From: an uncultured Selenomonadaceae bacterium
GTDB taxonomy: Bacteria; Bacillota; Negativicutes; Selenomonadales; Selenomonadaceae
Direction of reading: 5' to 3'
Assembly: GCA_905235425.1 (NCBI GenBank)
Contig: CAJOKY010000001.1
Location: 1 to 37,204, forward strand
Length of the DNA: 37,204 nucleotides
Shown piece after piece: positions 24,953 through 34,440 of this stretch (the first letter of the stretch is position 1; the number at the start of each line of letters is the position of its first letter). The notes under the pieces are model-generated. The model was not told the DNA's origin, searched no databases, and was given only the letters and a program-made list of their open reading frames with translations. A program made the position numbers and the translations under genes.

Positions 24953-26827
24953 TCATGCGCCCTCCTCTGCAAATTTAAATCCGCCACTTCCAAATTGCTT
25001 TATGACTAACCTTGAAACTCGACTTCCCATATACGCAAACATCATCGCTACAAATGTCACCTTGAAAAGCAGAATAATATTTATCGTGACTTGCGGCGCT
25101 GTAAATCCGCCCGTCGCCGGATTTGTTCCCGATACTTTTGCCCAATAAATGTCTGCGTCCGAATTTAATCTCCCGCCTTCTCCTTGATTCCAACACCTCG
25201 CCGCCATTTCATACGAGCCGTATTTCTCATAGTAGCCCGTCAAAATGTATCTTGCCACATTATCTTGGTTTGTCGGCGTCCATGCCGGTCCGTGTGGTTC
25301 ATTCGCCATTATCGGTCCGCTTTCCAATACTCCGCCGTTCGCCACATAATCTGCCGTCCAATTCGTCCAGTTATTGTAATTCGCATAATCTATTTGGTAC
25401 GCTCCGAAATATCCAAGCCCGTTATCGACGTAATATCTGTTGCTTGATTCCACTACTCTTATATGTGCCATAAGTTGATCTATCGAAGTTATCGCGCCAC
25501 TTGCTGAACTTTCAACTGCTACCGTTTCTCCTCCTATTTTGTAAAAATCTTCCACCACTATATTTTTCATCATCATCTGCATCATCAGCGAAAACATACA
25601 GAAAAACATCAACTTCACCGATACTGCAAAAATTCCGTTGATTCCGTTTGCCGCATATTTTCGCGTTTGCTTTAATCCCGACAAGAAAAATGTCATGTAG
25701 CCCGTTACCATTGCTATGTAAAATTCAAGATACGCCAATGTTATTTGCACAGCTATCGAGAAAAAGCAAATTGTGAGTATGACTGCGAAGAAAAGCGACG
25801 GCAACCACAATGTTACCTTCGAGATTAAATCCATTACGCCATGTATCTTGAAAAGTTCGTTGTAAATCGGCGCTATTATGTGAACACCTTTTGAAACTAT
25901 ACTCATCGGGTCTGATACCGCTGATATTGCTTCTTTACCGCTTACGCCCATAATTAAACCGCCAAATCCCGTAAACATTTCTTTCGCGAAATTTGCTACG
26001 CCGTCTCCCCAGTTCATCAAAAAATATATCAGCACGACGCTAAACAGCACCTTATAAATTATTTGCGAAAAAAATTCCTCGCCTTTTTCGCTGTCTATCA
26101 CATACAAACTGGCGCTTATCGCAATATCTATCGTTATCAGCACAATCAAAAGCCATTTAGCTACACCGATTAAATTTTCCAATGCGTTTTGACATTGCTC
26201 ACCGACTTTTTCTATTACTTCCCTCAACGGTTTTCCAAAATCATATGCCGCATCAAATGTATTTTTTATCGATTCCGGCAAAACCCCGTAACCTGTACCG
26301 CTACTCGGCGGAAGTCCTTTCAAATATCTGCGTGGATTTATCGGCTCTCCGTTTATCCTTATTTCAAAATGTAAATGTGGACCCGTTGCCCAACCCGTTT
26401 GACCTGCCTTCGCTATTACTGTTCCCGCTGAAACTTGATTACCCGGATTTACCAACAATGCCGAACAATGAGCGTAGCGCGTTTCCACACTGTAACCGCC
26501 AACATTTGAAAGAAGGTAAACAACATTTCCGTAACCTTCCGCCCAACCGGAATAAATTACCGTGCCGTCCAATGACGCATAAACATTGTCTCCGATATTG
26601 GCGGCAAGGTCTGTTCCTTTGTGCGGGCGTACGCTTCCAAATACGGGGTGCATACGTCCTACCAGCGAAAATTCCGCCGTTATCATTAGCGTGCCTTCCA
26701 ACGGGTTTAACACCGTCATTACAGGCAACGTGCTGTAGGCGTCTCCATATTCAGGATCATACGCGGCTAATGCGTGTCCCGCCATTAAATTCAATATCAA
26801 CGCCATTATCGCTATGACACGTTTCAC
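24953..26827 (-). CDS. Cell-wall hydrolase fusion: signal peptide, M23 peptidase, polytopic membrane region, lysozyme/SLT-like domain, C-terminal TM
   Basis: M23: HKGTDLAA...YAHCS...GPHLHFEIRINGEPINP. At least 6 hydrophobic helices in the middle. VVESSNRYYVDNGLGYFGAYQIDYANY resembles the catalytic-Glu region of lytic transglycosylases. Probable GTG start at 26827 after AAGGAG; the track start is 26845. Confidence 0.75.
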   Translation of the reverse strand: MKRVIAIMALILNLMAGHALAAYDPEYGDAYSTLPVMTVLNPLEGTLMITAEFSLVGRMHPVFGSVRPHKGTDLAANIGDNVYASLDGTVIYSGWAEGYGNVVYLLSNVGGYSVETRYAHCSALLVNPGNQVSAGTVIAKAGQTGWATGPHLHFEIRINGEPINPRRYLKGLPPSSGTGYGVLPESIKNTFDAAYDFGKPLREVIEKVGEQCQNALENLIGVAKWLLIVLITIDIAISASLYVIDSEKGEEFFSQIIYKVLFSVVLIYFLMNWGDGVANFAKEMFTGFGGLIMGVSGKEAISAVSDPMSIVSKGVHIIAPIYNELFKIHGVMDLISKVTLWLPSLFFAVILTICFFSIAVQITLAYLEFYIAMVTGYMTFFLSGLKQTRKYAANGINGIFAVSVKLMFFCMFSLMMQMMMKNIVVEDFYKIGGETVAVESSASGAITSIDQLMAHIRVVESSNRYYVDNGLGYFGAYQIDYANYNNWTNWTADYVANGGVLESGPIMANEPHGPAWTPTNQDNVARYILTGYYEKYGSYEMAARCWNQGEGGRLNSDADIYWAKVSGTNPATGGFTAPQVTINIILLFKVTFVAMMFAYMGSRVSRLVIKQFGSGGFKFAEEGA

Positions 26828-26889
26828 CGCTTTTTCTCCTTCCACTTTTATTTTTTCTTTCCCAAATTCGACAAAGTGTCTTTCATATC

Positions 26890-28599
26890 TTAAAATTTTT
26901 GCGTAACCGTCGTAGCGGGTGAATCTTTGCCGCCGTTCATATTTTGCAAAATTTCATTCGGCGTTACTCCGCTACTGTTTGCATTCGCCCTTGATTTTCC
27001 CTCAGAATCTCTCGCCAGAAGTCCATTGGATTTATTTCCCAATAACGTAATTGTATCTTGATAGCCCCGATAAACTGGATTTCTGTACATTGCCGCTTGT
27101 GTTCCCGCGCTTATCGCCTTACCCATCATCGACATTGCTTTTCCGCCTGCCGCATTTGCAAAACTTACTGCGTTTGCTCCGAAACTTCCTTTGCCGCCAT
27201 ATTCTGCCATCGGTCCTGCGGCTTTCGATAATGCTCGCATTCCTCCTACTACCGCGCCTGTTATTCCGCCGCCTTTTGAAAACGCATTTGTCGCACCTCT
27301 CGCCGCACTCATCGCTATTTCTTTCATACTTCCGCCGTTAAATGACGGACTTCCCGACAAAAGTCCCGACACCAATTCAGGGATTTTTTTCGTCATATAG
27401 AATAAAATCAGCGAATACAACAACACTTGCAAAAAATAACTGATGTCGCCTATAAAATCGCTTGAAGTCGCCGTTTCTCTTGCATTGTCTACCAGTCCCG
27501 TCAATATATTTACCGATAACGTCGCTATAAACGCTATGACAAATACTTTTATCGCCAAGTTAAACATTGCTCCGATTGCTTTGTCCGACAAAAATTTTAA
27601 ATGTCCGATTACTCCGAACGGCAAAAGCGGGATTGTTATTAACGCCATTGTCCAAAATTCTATCCTCACCATAAACATTTCCAACGCCGTCAAGAACAAA
27701 ATTATTACCGTCGCGACTACACACACCAAACCTACCAATATTGTCAGCAAATTTTTCTGCTGTGCGTGTTCCCAAAATATATTGAAGAAATTCAACGCGT
27801 TCGTTACTATTTGATTCGATTGCACTTCTATATTTGAGTCGGGACTCGCCTTGCTGTATTCTTTTATCATTTCTTCTGCGCCGCCCGCCGTGTAACCCAA
27901 CGTTTCAAATCCTGAACTTAATGCCGGCATCAACTGAAAATTGGAATTTGTTCCTACCCAACTTTGAATTAAAAATATAAAGAATCCCACTTTCAATATC
28001 ATAGAGATAAAGAAACTTATTTTGTCTCCGTGAATCAACTCCATTGAAACTTTTATTGCGCCGTCTATCATCGCCAATATCAACGTCAAATTTATTGCGT
28101 AGGGAGCAACCGCCGACGCGCCACTCATTATCACTCCTATGTAATATCTCATAAATGGTGACAAAATATCTATTGACGGATCGTCCGCGCTTTTCAGTAA
28201 AAGTTTATAGTCATCTATTTTGCTCGGCGCTGAAACATCTTGCACACTCCATAAATTTAAAATTAAATCGCCGAAGTTTATCGCCAGACCTATTCCCAAA
28301 ATCCAACTTAAAAAAACTTTTCGCTCGTTTTGTATACCAAAACAAATCATAAAACCGGCAGCCGCCGTCATTATCACCGCGATTATTTTTGCCGACGCCA
28401 ATAAACTTTTGCTTAAATTGTTTATTTGTGTACGAAATATTTCTCCAAATCCCGCGCCGCCACCCGATAACCCGTCCATCACCTGATTTACCGCCGCATT
28501 GTTATCTGAAACGTAAGCCGCACTTGCTACATTTACTTCATTTAAAATTACAATGCTCACAACCAATGCCATCGGCAAAATAATTTTTTTGCGCTCCAT
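26890..28599 (-). CDS. trbL: VirB6/TrbL-like polytopic T4SS protein
   Basis: Signal/TM N-terminus, at least 6 TM helices, and a G/A/S-rich C-terminal tail. It lies immediately downstream of the TrbJ-like gene. ATG 28599 follows TAGGTGA. Confidence 0.65.
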   Translation of the reverse strand: MERKKIILPMALVVSIVILNEVNVASAAYVSDNNAAVNQVMDGLSGGGAGFGEIFRTQINNLSKSLLASAKIIAVIMTAAAGFMICFGIQNERKVFLSWILGIGLAINFGDLILNLWSVQDVSAPSKIDDYKLLLKSADDPSIDILSPFMRYYIGVIMSGASAVAPYAINLTLILAMIDGAIKVSMELIHGDKISFFISMILKVGFFIFLIQSWVGTNSNFQLMPALSSGFETLGYTAGGAEEMIKEYSKASPDSNIEVQSNQIVTNALNFFNIFWEHAQQKNLLTILVGLVCVVATVIILFLTALEMFMVRIEFWTMALITIPLLPFGVIGHLKFLSDKAIGAMFNLAIKVFVIAFIATLSVNILTGLVDNARETATSSDFIGDISYFLQVLLYSLILFYMTKKIPELVSGLLSGSPSFNGGSMKEIAMSAARGATNAFSKGGGITGAVVGGMRALSKAAGPMAEYGGKGSFGANAVSFANAAGGKAMSMMGKAISAGTQAAMYRNPVYRGYQDTITLLGNKSNGLLARDSEGKSRANANSSGVTPNEILQNMNGGKDSPATTVTQKF

Positions 28600-28608
28600 A
28601 CTTTTCAC

Positions 28609-29358
28609 CTATTTTGAGTTTTCTACCCACTTTTTGGAAATATTTTTTGAGTTGGTAAGAATCCTTTCGCTCTCTGCTTGCTCTTGTACTTTTGAATCGT
28701 AATAAGTTGCCATTGACGCCGCCATATGTGCCTTTGCCCGATTACCTGCTGACACGCTCTGCAAAATATCGTACAAAAGATAATTTCCCGCTTGCAGTAC
28801 CTGTTGCTGTCCCTCCGCTTTGTTCGACGCCTCAAGCGCTTTTCTCGCGTCCTCCATATTCCGTTTATCCATTTTTATTGTTTGTTGTGCCGCAAGCGCT
28901 GTTTCTTTAGACGCTTGGTGTATTGCTCTTTGTCGGCGTTGCTCCTGTATCACAATGTCGTACAACGTCGCGTTGCCGTTCAAAACATCTTCAAGGTCGC
29001 CCATTCTCTCCGTCCAAATTTGCTGTATCGACGCATTTCCGTTCAATATTCCGTCCGGATAAATTAAATCTCCCGCAAGTGCCGCTTTATTTTTTTCTTC
29101 ATTGCGTTTCATCAATTCTTCCAACATTCCCACATCAAGCTTTTTCATATTCAATATCATTAAAGCTAACTGCTTTTGCTCTTCCGTCAAAATGTTTGCC
29201 GTTTGTATTGCTGTCTTTATCGCTTCTTCTATGTTTTTCTCATCGAAGACCGCGATTGCCGCTTCCGTTCGTGAACTTGTCGGCAACATCGTCGTAAAGC
29301 ACGCTGCTATTCCGATAACTATTCCGCTTACCACCGCAGTTTTTTTCACCCACGCCAT
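28609..29358 (-). CDS. trbJ: VirB5/TrbJ-like secreted coiled-coil protein
   Basis: Signal peptide followed by AIAVFDEKNIEEAIKTAIQTANIL, which resembles the TrbJ N-terminal motif. About 250 aa, positioned directly upstream of the TrbL-like gene. ATG 29358 follows GAGGAG. Confidence 0.6.
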   Translation of the reverse strand: MAWVKKTAVVSGIVIGIAACFTTMLPTSSRTEAAIAVFDEKNIEEAIKTAIQTANILTEEQKQLALMILNMKKLDVGMLEELMKRNEEKNKAALAGDLIYPDGILNGNASIQQIWTERMGDLEDVLNGNATLYDIVIQEQRRQRAIHQASKETALAAQQTIKMDKRNMEDARKALEASNKAEGQQQVLQAGNYLLYDILQSVSAGNRAKAHMAASMATYYDSKVQEQAESERILTNSKNISKKWVENSK

Positions 29359-29370
29359 TTTTCTCACTCC

Positions 29371-29907
29371 TCACGAAATTTGTTGAAATATTTTTTGATA
29401 ATTACTCGCTACATTTACCACGTACTGCCGCGTTTCAGCATAATTCGGAACTCCGCCTGCATTTATGACAGCTTGCGGTCCGGCATTGTACGCCGCCACT
29501 GCATTTGTCACTGAATACTTGCCGTAATTTGAAAATCTGTTCAACTGATTTTTCAAATAAAGTGTACCGCCGAGTACATTTTCAAGTGCGTTGTATGGAT
29601 TTACTCCCAGCATTTGCGCCGTTTCAGGCATTAACTGCATTAACCCCAGTGCGCCAACCGGACTTACCGCACGAAAATTAAATCCGCTTTCCGACTCCAT
29701 TACCGCCGTTATCAATATCGGATCGACTTCATACGTATCTGCTGCGTACAATATCGCCGACGCTATCCACGAACTTTCACGCGCATTTTCATTGTAGCTG
29801 TGAACTTCTTGAAAAATCACGTCGTACATTTCCGCCGCTTTTACTTCCGTTTCTTCTAATACAAAAAATGCCAGCGAAATCATCAGCGCCGTTATCCATT
29901 TTTTCAT
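29371..29907 (-). CDS. VirB1-like soluble lytic transglycosylase (SLT domain)
   Basis: Signal peptide, then VMESESGFNFRAVSPVGALGLMQLMPETA and AAYNAGPQAV. ATG 29907 follows GGGAGGTGA. Confidence 0.85.
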   Translation of the reverse strand: MKKWITALMISLAFFVLEETEVKAAEMYDVIFQEVHSYNENARESSWIASAILYAADTYEVDPILITAVMESESGFNFRAVSPVGALGLMQLMPETAQMLGVNPYNALENVLGGTLYLKNQLNRFSNYGKYSVTNAVAAYNAGPQAVINAGGVPNYAETRQYVVNVASNYQKIFQQIS

Positions 29908-29953
29908 TTCTTTCACCTCCCTCATTTTTTCACCGATTTTAATTTGATTTGAA

Positions 29954-29983
29954 TCGCTAAAAATCTTATGTTTTTGCTTTTTT
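29954..29983 (-). repeat. 30-nt conserved intergenic element, copy 1 (upstream of the SLT/trbJ/trbL genes)
   Basis: tcgctaaaaatcttatgtttttgctttttt is identical to 34441-34470. It contains a possible -10 TAAGAT on the minus strand (29963-29968). Confidence 0.7.
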
Positions 29984-29989
29984 CAAAAT

Positions 29990-30017
29990 AAAAAAATCGG
30001 TCACTTTTTGTAACCGA
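29990..30017 (-). terminator. Rho-independent terminator after virB4 and the small TM gene
   Basis: Minus strand: TCGGTTAC-aaaaa-GTGACCGA (7/8 bp) followed by TTTTTTT, 11 nt after the stop at 30028. Confidence 0.55.
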
Positions 30018-30027
30018 CCTAAGTTTT

Positions 30028-30165
30028 TCAATCTTCCTCATCAAAAGATTTTACTTTCTTTTCAAGTTCCGCAACTCGCTCTTGCAACATTACAATTATT
30101 TCTTCGTCGCGATTTAAGCGATACGACATATAGAAAATTATCAAAATCAAAAACCCCGTTATCAA
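30028..30165 (-). CDS. Small single-pass membrane protein with acidic coiled-coil tail
   Basis: (M)ITGFLILIIFYMSYRLNRDEEIIVMLQERVAELEKKVKSFDEED. Probable TTG start forms a TTGA overlap with the VirB4 stop, 6 nt after GGAGGAG. The track start TTG 30225 would overlap virB4 by 64 nt. Confidence 0.45.
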   Translation of the reverse strand: MITGFLILIIFYMSYRLNRDEEIIVMLQERVAELEKKVKSFDEED

Positions 30166-32588
30166 AAAAATCTCCTCCGCTCCGTTTCTACTTCCGGCAG
30201 AGAAATATTTCGATACTCCAGCCAATGCCTATTAAAATTTTCCTGCCCATATTGTTCAAGAATTTCATTCGCTTTTTTGTTGTCTGCTTTGTTCACCGCC
30301 ACATATGCCAATGACAGCGGACAATTTTCCAATGCCAACTCGTACAATCGGCAACCCAAAGGTGATACATAGTAGTACTGCTTTTTCTTTATCGCTCCCG
30401 CTATTATCTCTAATTGGCGTTGATTCAAACCAAACATAAAATATTTTTCTTTCAAACTTTCTTCCAGCGCCTTATCATTCGGCAAAAATATTTGACTCGG
30501 ACACGATTCCAACACCGTTGAAAATATCGGACTTTCCACTATATCCGTCAATGATTGCGTTGCAAATACCACCGATGCATTTGCTTTTCTCAAGACTTTC
30601 AACCATTCCCGTATTTTCTGCGCAAATTGTTCGTTGTCAAAAAATACCCAGCACTCGTCCAAAATTATCAACGTCGGTGCTCCCGTTAAACTTTGTTCGA
30701 TTCGATGAAATATGTACATCAGCGTCGATCCTACTATTGCAGGGGTTGACATCAATTTTTCCATTTCAAACGCTTGCCACGAAGTTAATTGTAAACTATC
30801 CGTGTCTGCGTCGAATATTTCTCCGTATGCTCCCGATATTGTCAAAGGTTGCAGTGCCGTTTTCAATTCCACTGATTGAATTGCGTTTACCAAGTTTGTC
30901 ATTCGACGAAAACTTTTTTCTTTGTACGAAGCCACTACATTTAGCGCATTCCATATCAATTTTTTGTGTTCCGGCGTGATTTTTACATTCTCTTGCCTTA
31001 TAAAATCACAAAGCCATTCTTGCACCCACTGCTTTTCTTTTTCGTTGTCTATCTGTGCCAAAGGTTGAAATGATAATCGTTGATTTTCATTGCCCAAATC
31101 AAAAAATCTTCCGCCGACTCCTGCCGTCAACACCATTGACGACGCTCCTTTATCAAATATAAATATTCGCGCGTCTTTATATTTTCTGAACGATGCCGCT
31201 ATTATATTCAACTGTACGCTTTTTCCTGCGCCTGTCGGTCCGACTATCAACGTATGTCCCACATCTCCGACGTGCAAAGATAATCTGAACGGCGTATTTC
31301 CTGCCGTTTGCGTATATATCAGCGGCGGTCCTTGTAAATGTTTATTTCGCGGCTCTCCTGCCCATATATCCGAAATCGGCATCATATGTATCAAATTTGC
31401 ACAAGATACCATCGGGCGGCGCACAAATCTTCCCACATTGCCCGGCAAACTTCCTGCCCATGCGTCTACCGCGTTTAAATCTTCCACCTTTGCTCGAAAG
31501 CCCAAGTTGATTAAAGTTTGCTCCACCAACTGCGCCTTTGTGTTTGCAATTTCGTAATCCTCGTCCATTATGACTATTACCGTTGAATAATATCCGTAAC
31601 TCGTAACGTCTCCTTCCACCGCCGTTATTGCGTCTTTTACCTCATCAAATTTCATCACCGCATTTTCATTCAGATTTTCAGGCGATTCTTTATCCAGCAA
31701 CAATTCTTTCAACATTGCCGACAACGGCTTTATTTTACCGTACCAACCTTTTTTTATCTTTGTCAGTTCTTCTATTGAATCTTGCTTTGACAAACAATAA
31801 AATCTTGTCACCCAACGATACGAAAAATCTAACTGATTTAATTTGTCGAACATTCCAAAGACCGAGTTGCCAACGTAACCTATCGGCGTTACTACCCGAA
31901 TATGTTTTTTTCCCAATCGTGGCTCTAGCCCTCCATAAAATGGCGTATCGTATAAATAATGGTCAAGTAAAAGCGGGTGTGTCGGAACTTTTATCGCTCT
32001 CGCATTTTCTGAAACGCACGAGTGCAAATACGTCAACATCTCATCTTGATTCAAAAAATGTGCAGGTATCCTTAACGACGTAAATATACCCATAAGTTTA
32101 TCCACAACCGCCGCAAACGTTTCTATGTTATCTTCAGCTGAAATTTCTTTGCGTTTTGCTCCCTCAACTACCAATTCGCGAATTTTGCCTTCTTGGTCGT
32201 TCGGCGGCATCCAATAAGCTGTAGCATAGTAATTTGATTCAAAATGTTTCCCGTCAGAAAAATATTTTTTTCTTTCTTCGTCCATCGATTTTGTTATTAG
32301 ATCGGGAAAAAATACGTCCGTTGCATACGTGGTTGACGCTACTCTTTGCGCCTCAAAGTACAAAACCCAGCCTGTGTCCAATCCTTGAAACGACGTGTTC
32401 AGTTGTTGGGTTATTATCGCCAGTTGCTCTTTTATCGCCGAATTTAAATCCGGTCCGCGATACTTCCACGTTGTCTGTAAACTCCCGTCTTTATTCAAAA
32501 CTATCGCGGGATCGTGTATTATTCTCGCATACGGCAACGTATATTTTAAATATTCTTTATGGCGCTTAAATCTGTCCATTCGGTACAT
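30162..32588 (-). CDS. virB4: VirB4/TrbE T4SS ATPase
   Basis: Walker A IVGPTGAGKSV, Walker B LIILDECWVFF, VFATQS. About 808 aa. ATG 32588 follows AAGGAAGGTGA; the alternative start is GTG 32597. Confidence 0.92.
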   Translation of the reverse strand: MYRMDRFKRHKEYLKYTLPYARIIHDPAIVLNKDGSLQTTWKYRGPDLNSAIKEQLAIITQQLNTSFQGLDTGWVLYFEAQRVASTTYATDVFFPDLITKSMDEERKKYFSDGKHFESNYYATAYWMPPNDQEGKIRELVVEGAKRKEISAEDNIETFAAVVDKLMGIFTSLRIPAHFLNQDEMLTYLHSCVSENARAIKVPTHPLLLDHYLYDTPFYGGLEPRLGKKHIRVVTPIGYVGNSVFGMFDKLNQLDFSYRWVTRFYCLSKQDSIEELTKIKKGWYGKIKPLSAMLKELLLDKESPENLNENAVMKFDEVKDAITAVEGDVTSYGYYSTVIVIMDEDYEIANTKAQLVEQTLINLGFRAKVEDLNAVDAWAGSLPGNVGRFVRRPMVSCANLIHMMPISDIWAGEPRNKHLQGPPLIYTQTAGNTPFRLSLHVGDVGHTLIVGPTGAGKSVQLNIIAASFRKYKDARIFIFDKGASSMVLTAGVGGRFFDLGNENQRLSFQPLAQIDNEKEKQWVQEWLCDFIRQENVKITPEHKKLIWNALNVVASYKEKSFRRMTNLVNAIQSVELKTALQPLTISGAYGEIFDADTDSLQLTSWQAFEMEKLMSTPAIVGSTLMYIFHRIEQSLTGAPTLIILDECWVFFDNEQFAQKIREWLKVLRKANASVVFATQSLTDIVESPIFSTVLESCPSQIFLPNDKALEESLKEKYFMFGLNQRQLEIIAGAIKKKQYYYVSPLGCRLYELALENCPLSLAYVAVNKADNKKANEILEQYGQENFNRHWLEYRNISLPEVETERRRFF

Positions 32589-33651
32589 CTTGCTCACCTT
32601 CCTTCATCTTCGCCATTTCAGAAAGAATTTCTTTGAATTTATGTTCCCTCGCATTTTCTTTGCTTTCTTCAACGTGCAGAATAAATTCTTCCAATGATTT
32701 AAAGCCCGTTATCGGCGGCACTATATTTGCCAAAAATATTCCTGCCACACTTCCCCACCACACGTCTTTCAAATTATATTTTTCAAAAACGTATGCCATT
32801 TCTTGCGTCTTTAAATAGCTCTCAAGGTTCACGCAAAATTCTTCAGCGTCTTTTTCTTCTACTTGAAAAATAAATCCGTTCCAGCAATATCCATTGACGT
32901 TTGAGAGAATATTTTTTTCTATTTCTTCCAACATCGTTTTTCGTCCGCCGCACCATTTCCTTACATATTTTTTCAATTCTATTTCTGATTCTCTTTCATC
33001 AAAGAATAAGATTCGCCGCACGTACCGATACGGAATACTTTTCACTTGCTCAAAAATTTTCCATACACTTGACCAAGCAGACAACGTGACGACAATTATT
33101 TTTTTGCCATTTATACAAATATCATTCGCCTTGAACTTAAAATTTAAATCCTGCGACAAAAGTGCGTCCATATACAACGGTACTTCCGGCATTTTTACCG
33201 TGCTTTCTTCCATTGACAGCGAAAACGATAAGAAATTTATCAACTCTTGATATTTCAGTAATTTTGTTCGCGTGACCTTTGAAAATTCTTTGCAAATTTT
33301 TTCAACCTCTGAACCAAAATAGTGCAAAAAATTTTCTTTTTCTACTTTTTCGCCCAACGTATTTTCTATGTACGGATTATCTTTCGTTTCAAACGGATTC
33401 CAAAATATTACCAAAAAATTTTTGTCGCCTTGCAAAGTATGTTGACGCTCATTCCATATCGCCCAACCTCTTCTGAAACTCGGCAATTCCAAATTTTTCG
33501 TCAGAGCATTTTTAATGTACAGCTCATATTCAATCACGCTGAAACAACTTCCGCCTTTTTGTTGCATTACATACGGCAAAGTTATTCCGCCCCACGCCAG
33601 CCCTTCTTCTACCGCCATATCCTTCAGCTCAAATTCTTTTAAAAATGACAT
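32566..33651 (-). CDS. Hypothetical 361-aa protein between virB3 and virB4
   Basis: Strong RBS GAGGAGGTG. 23-32 nt overlap with the virB4 start. No P-loop. Weak resemblance to the VirB4 N-terminal region (LPYVMQQ... / GWAIWNERQH versus LPYARII... / GWVLYFEAQR). Confidence 0.5.
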   Translation of the reverse strand: MSFLKEFELKDMAVEEGLAWGGITLPYVMQQKGGSCFSVIEYELYIKNALTKNLELPSFRRGWAIWNERQHTLQGDKNFLVIFWNPFETKDNPYIENTLGEKVEKENFLHYFGSEVEKICKEFSKVTRTKLLKYQELINFLSFSLSMEESTVKMPEVPLYMDALLSQDLNFKFKANDICINGKKIIVVTLSAWSSVWKIFEQVKSIPYRYVRRILFFDERESEIELKKYVRKWCGGRKTMLEEIEKNILSNVNGYCWNGFIFQVEEKDAEEFCVNLESYLKTQEMAYVFEKYNLKDVWWGSVAGIFLANIVPPITGFKSLEEFILHVEESKENAREHKFKEILSEMAKMKEGEQDVPNGQI

Positions 33652-33667
33652 TTAGCCACCTCCTCAC

Positions 33668-33693
33668 AAAAAAAGCGAAGTTCTTTACTTCGC
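33668..33693 (-). terminator. Intra-operon hairpin plus T-run (attenuator/terminator) after the pilin and virB3 genes
   Basis: Minus strand: GCGAAGT-aaaga-ACTTCGC (perfect 7 bp) followed by TTTTTTT, ending just upstream of the RBS of the next gene. Confidence 0.55.
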
Positions 33694-33718
33694 CAAATTT
33701 TCTTCTGAAAAAATTTTC

Positions 33719-33991
33719 TCACGTGCAATAATAATTTTTCTTTCGCTGATACACTTTCAAGCAGTCAAAAAATTGGTCGTCGCTCCTCGCCACGTAGATA
33801 CAGCCAAAATGAAAAAGTAACGAAATCGGCAAGATGTACCAAAAATGAAAATTGATTATGAACAGAAACGCTATCAACGCATTTACCATTATTGCACTTC
33901 GCGGCGCTCCCAGAAATAATATTTGTTCCGTCAATGACCGATAAAACGGTAATTCAAACCACGCCACCGACTTTGTTTCTTCCTGCGTCAT
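33719..33991 (-). CDS. virB3: VirB3/TrbD-like protein
   Basis: 90 aa with two hydrophobic helices (AIMVNALIAFLFIINF, ILPISLLFHFGCIYV). Positioned between the pilin gene and virB4. Confidence 0.7.
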   Translation of the reverse strand: MTQEETKSVAWFELPFYRSLTEQILFLGAPRSAIMVNALIAFLFIINFHFWYILPISLLFHFGCIYVARSDDQFFDCLKVYQRKKNYYCT

Positions 33992-34001
33992 TATTCAATC
34001 C

Positions 34002-34379
34002 TCACGGAATTAAAAATCCCGTCGTCTGACTTACAAACGTTGCCGCGCCCAATGCCACCGAGCCGCCGCCTACTACGCGCATTGCCGTTTTTGTAATTTG
34101 GTTTTCAATGTTGAGCGCCCACGATGCCGCACCTGTTGCCGCTCCGATTGTCACTATTGCTTTAGGTACCGGACCCGACATTAAATTTTCCATTCGCGAC
34201 AAAGGTTGCGTCAATACTGAAATCGTGTCGTCCGTTGTGCCGCTTTGCGCGTAACTTACCGAATCGGGCATCAAAATTACTGCCGCCATTGCCAGCCCCA
34301 TTCTCGTCAACGTCCAGCGATTTTCTTTCAGAAACTTACTCGCTTTTTCCTTGAAAGCTTTGATTTTTACATTGCTCAT
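34002..34379 (-). CDS. virB2: VirB2/TrbC-like pilin precursor
   Basis: About 125 aa. Long leader ending ...SVSYAQS, then two hydrophobic G/A-rich segments (AIVTIGAATGAASWAL, VVGGGSVALGAATFV). GGAGG RBS. Confidence 0.65.
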   Translation of the reverse strand: MSNVKIKAFKEKASKFLKENRWTLTRMGLAMAAVILMPDSVSYAQSGTTDDTISVLTQPLSRMENLMSGPVPKAIVTIGAATGAASWALNIENQITKTAMRVVGGGSVALGAATFVSQTTGFLIP

Positions 34380-34440
34380 CACAGTTTACCTCCGAATCTT
34401 GAAAAATTTTTGTTTCTCGAAGATTCTACTTGAATTTCAC

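Noticed and set aside
30166-30225. Long form of the small TM ORF overlapping virB4 by 64 nt
   Set aside because: The upstream TTG has no RBS. An internal TTG with a GGAGGAG RBS and a TTGA stop-start overlap explains the ORF better.
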